This document shows, one piece after another, positions 60,579 to 64,000 of a stretch of 64,000 bases of DNA. The notes under the pieces were generated by a model that did not search any database, had not been told where the DNA came from, and saw nothing but the letters and a program-made list of their open reading frames with translations. Origin of the DNA: Gemmatimonadaceae bacterium (GTDB taxonomy: Bacteria > Gemmatimonadota > Gemmatimonadetes > Gemmatimonadales > Gemmatimonadaceae); NCBI GenBank assembly GCA_051859245.1, contig JBHYGA010000001.1, positions 1,597,722 to 1,661,721 on the forward strand, given 5' to 3'. How positions within the stretch are numbered: the first letter of the stretch is position 1; every line of letters begins with the position of its first letter. The position numbers and the translations under genes are program-made.

Positions 60579-63500
60579 ATGATGAAAACACGAGTACTCG
60601 CGGCTTTGTTTGGCCTCCTTCTCGGCGCGGCACCTGCCAGCGCGCAAGAGAAAGTGGTCACCGGCAAAGTCACGCGAGACGGCAGCGTTCCACTTTCGGG
60701 CGTCTCCGTAGTGATCAAAGGGACGAGTTTTCTAACGCAATCCAATAACGCAGGCGACTATTCCATTCGTGTTTCGCCTGGTCAGGTGCTGCAGTACCGT
60801 TTGATCGGCTACGCGCCGGTAGAACGGACGGTCGGCGCTGATAACGTGATCAATGTGCAGATCGAGCGTTCGGCAACCAACCTCAACGAGGTGGTGGTCA
60901 CGGCGCTTGGACAGACGGCGGTGCAGCGAAGCATCGGAACCGCACAGCAGACCGTGTTGGGCGCCGACATTGCCGCCACCGGCCGCGAAAACTTCATCAA
61001 CGGCTTGCAGGGACGCGTGGCTGGTGTCGAAGTGACCAGCTCCTCCGGCGTACCGGGCGCCTCCGCCTCCATCACCATTCGTGGTGTGAGCTCCATCAGC
61101 AGCAGCAACCAGCCGCTCTTCGTGATCGACGGCTTGCCGATGGACAACAAGACGCTGAACACCAATGTGCTCGCGTCAGACGCACCGGGTTCGGCCACGG
61201 CGTTCAACAATCGCGGCCTCGACTTCACGAACCGTGCGGCCGACATCAATCCGGAAGACATCGAGTCGATGGTCATCCTCAAGGGCCCGGAAGCGTCGGC
61301 GCTCTACGGCATTGATGCAGCCAACGGCGCGGTTGTGATCACGACCAAGCGCGGCAAGGCGGGCACCGGGGGGCTGGAGTACAGCAACGACTTCCGCATT
61401 GACAACACCCGCGCGCAGCCTGTGCTGCAGCGAACATACGGTCCGTCCAACACGTCGGGCGAGTTCCTCACCGGCTTCAACTACTTCGGCGCGCCGTACG
61501 CGGATACCACGCGATTCTACAACAATATCGATGGTTTCTTCCGCACCGGTTTCATGCAGACGCACAACCTCGCGTTCAGTGGCGCGTCTGGTGACAACCG
61601 CATCAACTATCGCATCTCAGCGGCCACCACACGGCAGGAAGGTGTCGTGCCAGGTGGCGTCTACAACCGAGTCACGCTCACCGGTGCCACAGGCGCACAG
61701 GTCACGAACTGGTTGCGATCGGACGTCACGATCAACTACTCCCAGGCCGGCAACGATCAGGCCTACAAGGGCGCGAACGGTCCGCTGATTGGCTTACTAT
61801 TGTGGCCGCAAACAGACGATGCAGCGGACTACCTCACGCCCGCCGGCTCGCGCCGTCGCATTACGACACTCGCGGCCAACAACGAAACGGACAATCCGTA
61901 CTTCAACGTCGACAAGAATCGGATTAACTCCAACAACAACCGCATCATTGCGAATGTCGGATTGATCACCACGCCGTTTGCGTGGGGTAACTTCCGCACG
62001 AACATCGGTGTCGACGCTTACACCAATGAGAACCTCGTTCTCCGGCACCCGGAGAGCGTGTACGGCGCGCTCAATCGCGGCATTCTCGACGTCGCCAACG
62101 ATGTCACGCGCAATATCAATTTGCAGAACATCTTCAACGTCAACGCCATCAACCTGACCGACAAGTTCTCGATCTCAGGCTTTGTTGGTCACTCGCTGAA
62201 TGACTCGAAGTCGCAGACGAACGCCTTGGCCGGACAGGATTTCCTGGATCCGAACTTCGTGTCGATCAACAACACGAACGTTCGTCAGAATCGTACGATT
62301 CTGTCGCAGCGTCGCCTCCTGAGCGCGTTCGGTCAGGCAACCGCGAACTACAACGACTATTTGTTCCTCACCGTGACCGGCCGTAACGACTGGACGTCCA
62401 CGATTCCGATTGAACGCAACTCGTTCTTCTATCCTTCAATCAACGGCGCGTTCATCTTTTCAGACGCCATTCCGTCCATCGGCAAGTTCATGACCGGCAA
62501 GCTGCGCGGCGGCTACGCTGAGGTCGGACGCGATGCGCGCCCGTACGCCTTTCGCCCGTCACTTGAGTTCAAGACGACGTCATTCGGCGGCTACGGGTAC
62601 GGCTTCACCGGACCCAACCGGAACCTGAAGCCCGAGTTTACACGCTCCTACGAAATCGGAACGGAACTCGGCTTCTTCAATGACCGGCTCGGTGTCGACT
62701 TCACCACGTATCGCAAGCAGACCAAAGACCAGATCGTGAATGACATCCGCGGCAGCTATGCGACCGGATTCATTCTGTTCAACCTGAACGGCGCGGTCAC
62801 GCGCAACGAGGGTATTGAAGTGACGGTGCGCGGTACGCCAGTGCTGAAGCGCGACTTCTCCTGGGATATCGTCACGAACTTTGAAAGCGCGCGTGGTCGT
62901 GTGCTCGCACTCCCGAACGAGCTGCCTGAATCGTACGTCTCGGACACCTGGCTCTATGGCAACGTGCGAAATGGCACCGCGCCGAACCTCTCCACGCGCT
63001 CACTGACCGGCTGGTTCTACCTCCGCGATACAGTCCGTGGTGAAGTCCTCATCGATCCAGCGAGTGGCTTGCCGCTTCGTTCGAATGTCTTCACCGACGC
63101 TGGCTACGATCGTCAGCCGGACTTCACGATCGGTCTTGAAAACACGCTTCGCTATAAGCGGTTCTCGCTCAAGTTCCTGTTTGACATTCGACGGGGCGGC
63201 GACGTGCTCAACGCTACCGAGCACTTCCTGACAACTCGCGGACTCAGCGAGCGCACACTTGATCGTGACCAGCCACGCGTGATCGAGGGCGTGCTGCGTG
63301 ACGGCAAGGAGAACACCGACAACCCGACCCGCAATACCATCGTGGTGATTCCGTCGGTACAGAACGGCTACTACACCGGTATCAGCGAAGAACTGTTTAT
63401 CGAACAGGACATCAACTGGATTCGCCTGCGTGACGTCACGCTGCGCATGGCGCTACCCGGCAAGTATTTCATGGCGCGCGATGCCAGCATGTTCCTGCGC

Positions 63501-63656
63501 GGCACCGACCTGTTCCTGTGGACGAACTACTCGGGCCTTGATCCCATCGTGAACGGCAACACCGCCGCAGTTGGCGGTTCCGGCGCGGCGGGGATTGACT
63601 ACGGCAACTTCCCGATGCCGCGCGGTTTCGCGTTCGGCTTCCGGGTGGCGTACTGA
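60579..63656 (+). CDS. SusC/RagA family TonB-dependent outer-membrane transporter
   Basis: Signal peptide, carboxypeptidase-regulatory-like N-domain, LNEVVVTALG, PLFVIDG, DINPEDIESMVILKG..ASALYG..AANG.VVITTK and C-terminal aromatic residue. Confidence 0.96.
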   Translation: MMKTRVLAALFGLLLGAAPASAQEKVVTGKVTRDGSVPLSGVSVVIKGTSFLTQSNNAGDYSIRVSPGQVLQYRLIGYAPVERTVGADNVINVQIERSATNLNEVVVTALGQTAVQRSIGTAQQTVLGADIAATGRENFINGLQGRVAGVEVTSSSGVPGASASITIRGVSSISSSNQPLFVIDGLPMDNKTLNTNVLASDAPGSATAFNNRGLDFTNRAADINPEDIESMVILKGPEASALYGIDAANGAVVITTKRGKAGTGGLEYSNDFRIDNTRAQPVLQRTYGPSNTSGEFLTGFNYFGAPYADTTRFYNNIDGFFRTGFMQTHNLAFSGASGDNRINYRISAATTRQEGVVPGGVYNRVTLTGATGAQVTNWLRSDVTINYSQAGNDQAYKGANGPLIGLLLWPQTDDAADYLTPAGSRRRITTLAANNETDNPYFNVDKNRINSNNNRIIANVGLITTPFAWGNFRTNIGVDAYTNENLVLRHPESVYGALNRGILDVANDVTRNINLQNIFNVNAINLTDKFSISGFVGHSLNDSKSQTNALAGQDFLDPNFVSINNTNVRQNRTILSQRRLLSAFGQATANYNDYLFLTVTGRNDWTSTIPIERNSFFYPSINGAFIFSDAIPSIGKFMTGKLRGGYAEVGRDARPYAFRPSLEFKTTSFGGYGYGFTGPNRNLKPEFTRSYEIGTELGFFNDRLGVDFTTYRKQTKDQIVNDIRGSYATGFILFNLNGAVTRNEGIEVTVRGTPVLKRDFSWDIVTNFESARGRVLALPNELPESYVSDTWLYGNVRNGTAPNLSTRSLTGWFYLRDTVRGEVLIDPASGLPLRSNVFTDAGYDRQPDFTIGLENTLRYKRFSLKFLFDIRRGGDVLNATEHFLTTRGLSERTLDRDQPRVIEGVLRDGKENTDNPTRNTIVVIPSVQNGYYTGISEELFIEQDINWIRLRDVTLRMALPGKYFMARDASMFLRGTDLFLWTNYSGLDPIVNGNTAAVGGSGAAGIDYGNFPMPRGFAFGFRVAY

Positions 63657-63724
63657 ACATGAGCAACTTCTCCGAGCGCAAGGCGCATCGCGCCGCGCAG
63701 ACGAACCTGAACTTTCGGACATCG

Positions 63725-64000
63725 ATGAAACGAGCAACCGCTCTCCTGCTGGCCGGCGCGCTCACATTCACTGCGGGGTGTGATGAGTTCCTCGATGTGA
63801 ACGAGAATCCGAACGCGCCGCAAACCGTGACGGCTAATCTCTACCTGCCGCCGATGTTGTACTGGATGGGCACCGCCCCGCAGTGGGATGGTCGCTTCAT
63901 CGGCCGCTACACGCAGCAGTGGTACGTGCAAGGCACCACGTTCACCACATGGGATCGGATGGGATACGATCCGGGAAGTGACAACGGTGGGCAGGTGTGG
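63725..64000 (+). CDS. SusD/RagB family lipoprotein (3'-truncated by the window edge; not in the ORF track)
   Basis: My translation: MKRATALLLAGALTFTAG-CDEFLDVNENPNAPQ..., i.e. a lipobox plus the LDVNxNPN motif, directly after susC. Confidence 0.9.
   Translation, partial: MKRATALLLAGALTFTAGCDEFLDVNENPNAPQTVTANLYLPPMLYWMGTAPQWDGRFIGRYTQQWYVQGTTFTTWDRMGYDPGSDNGGQVW

Noticed and set aside
1..64000. Defence systems, transposases, CRISPR arrays, rRNA or tRNA genes
   Set aside because: None recognised; nearly all the sequence is accounted for by housekeeping and metabolic genes with short spacers.

Overview
GC-rich bacterial chromosomal segment made mostly of core genes. It probably comes from a Gemmatimonadota (Gemmatimonas-like) organism; this is inferred from gene order and from a SusC/SusD pair in a high-GC genome. 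In order it holds: mrdA(partial)-rodA-accD-folC-hisS-proS-lysA-phosphoesterase-guaA; a fasciclin lipoprotein, an exported amidohydrolase, a MATE pump, a PTS EIIA, dusB and tmRNA; a minus-strand run truA, transaldolase-like, htrA, purB, purC, psd remnant, pssA, purS, purQ, purL, purF, ppdK; a mosaic trp region (GAF protein, trpD, antisense lexA, trpC, trpF, trpB, HEAT protein, HD-GYP protein, trpA, yqeK, LytR_C); rlmN, a beta-barrel protein and a second EIIA; aspS-phoH-7TM-HD-ybeY-two CNNM/CBS genes; a B12 acyl-CoA mutase/carboxyltransferase/AtuA cluster; and susC with a partial susD. I saw no mobile element, CRISPR array or rRNA/tRNA. The best leads are (1) a candidate new LexA operator, TTCGG-N6-TTCGG direct repeats placed in the lexA promoter spacer and over its start site; (2) a HEAT-repeat/HD-GYP pair sharing an unannotated N-terminal domain, lodged between trpB and trpA; (3) a mutase with isobutyryl-CoA-mutase residues clustered with a methyltransferase, a carboxyltransferase and split AtuA; (4) a transaldolase fold lacking its catalytic residues; (5) psd reduced to its membrane anchor; and (6) recurrent leaderless promoters.
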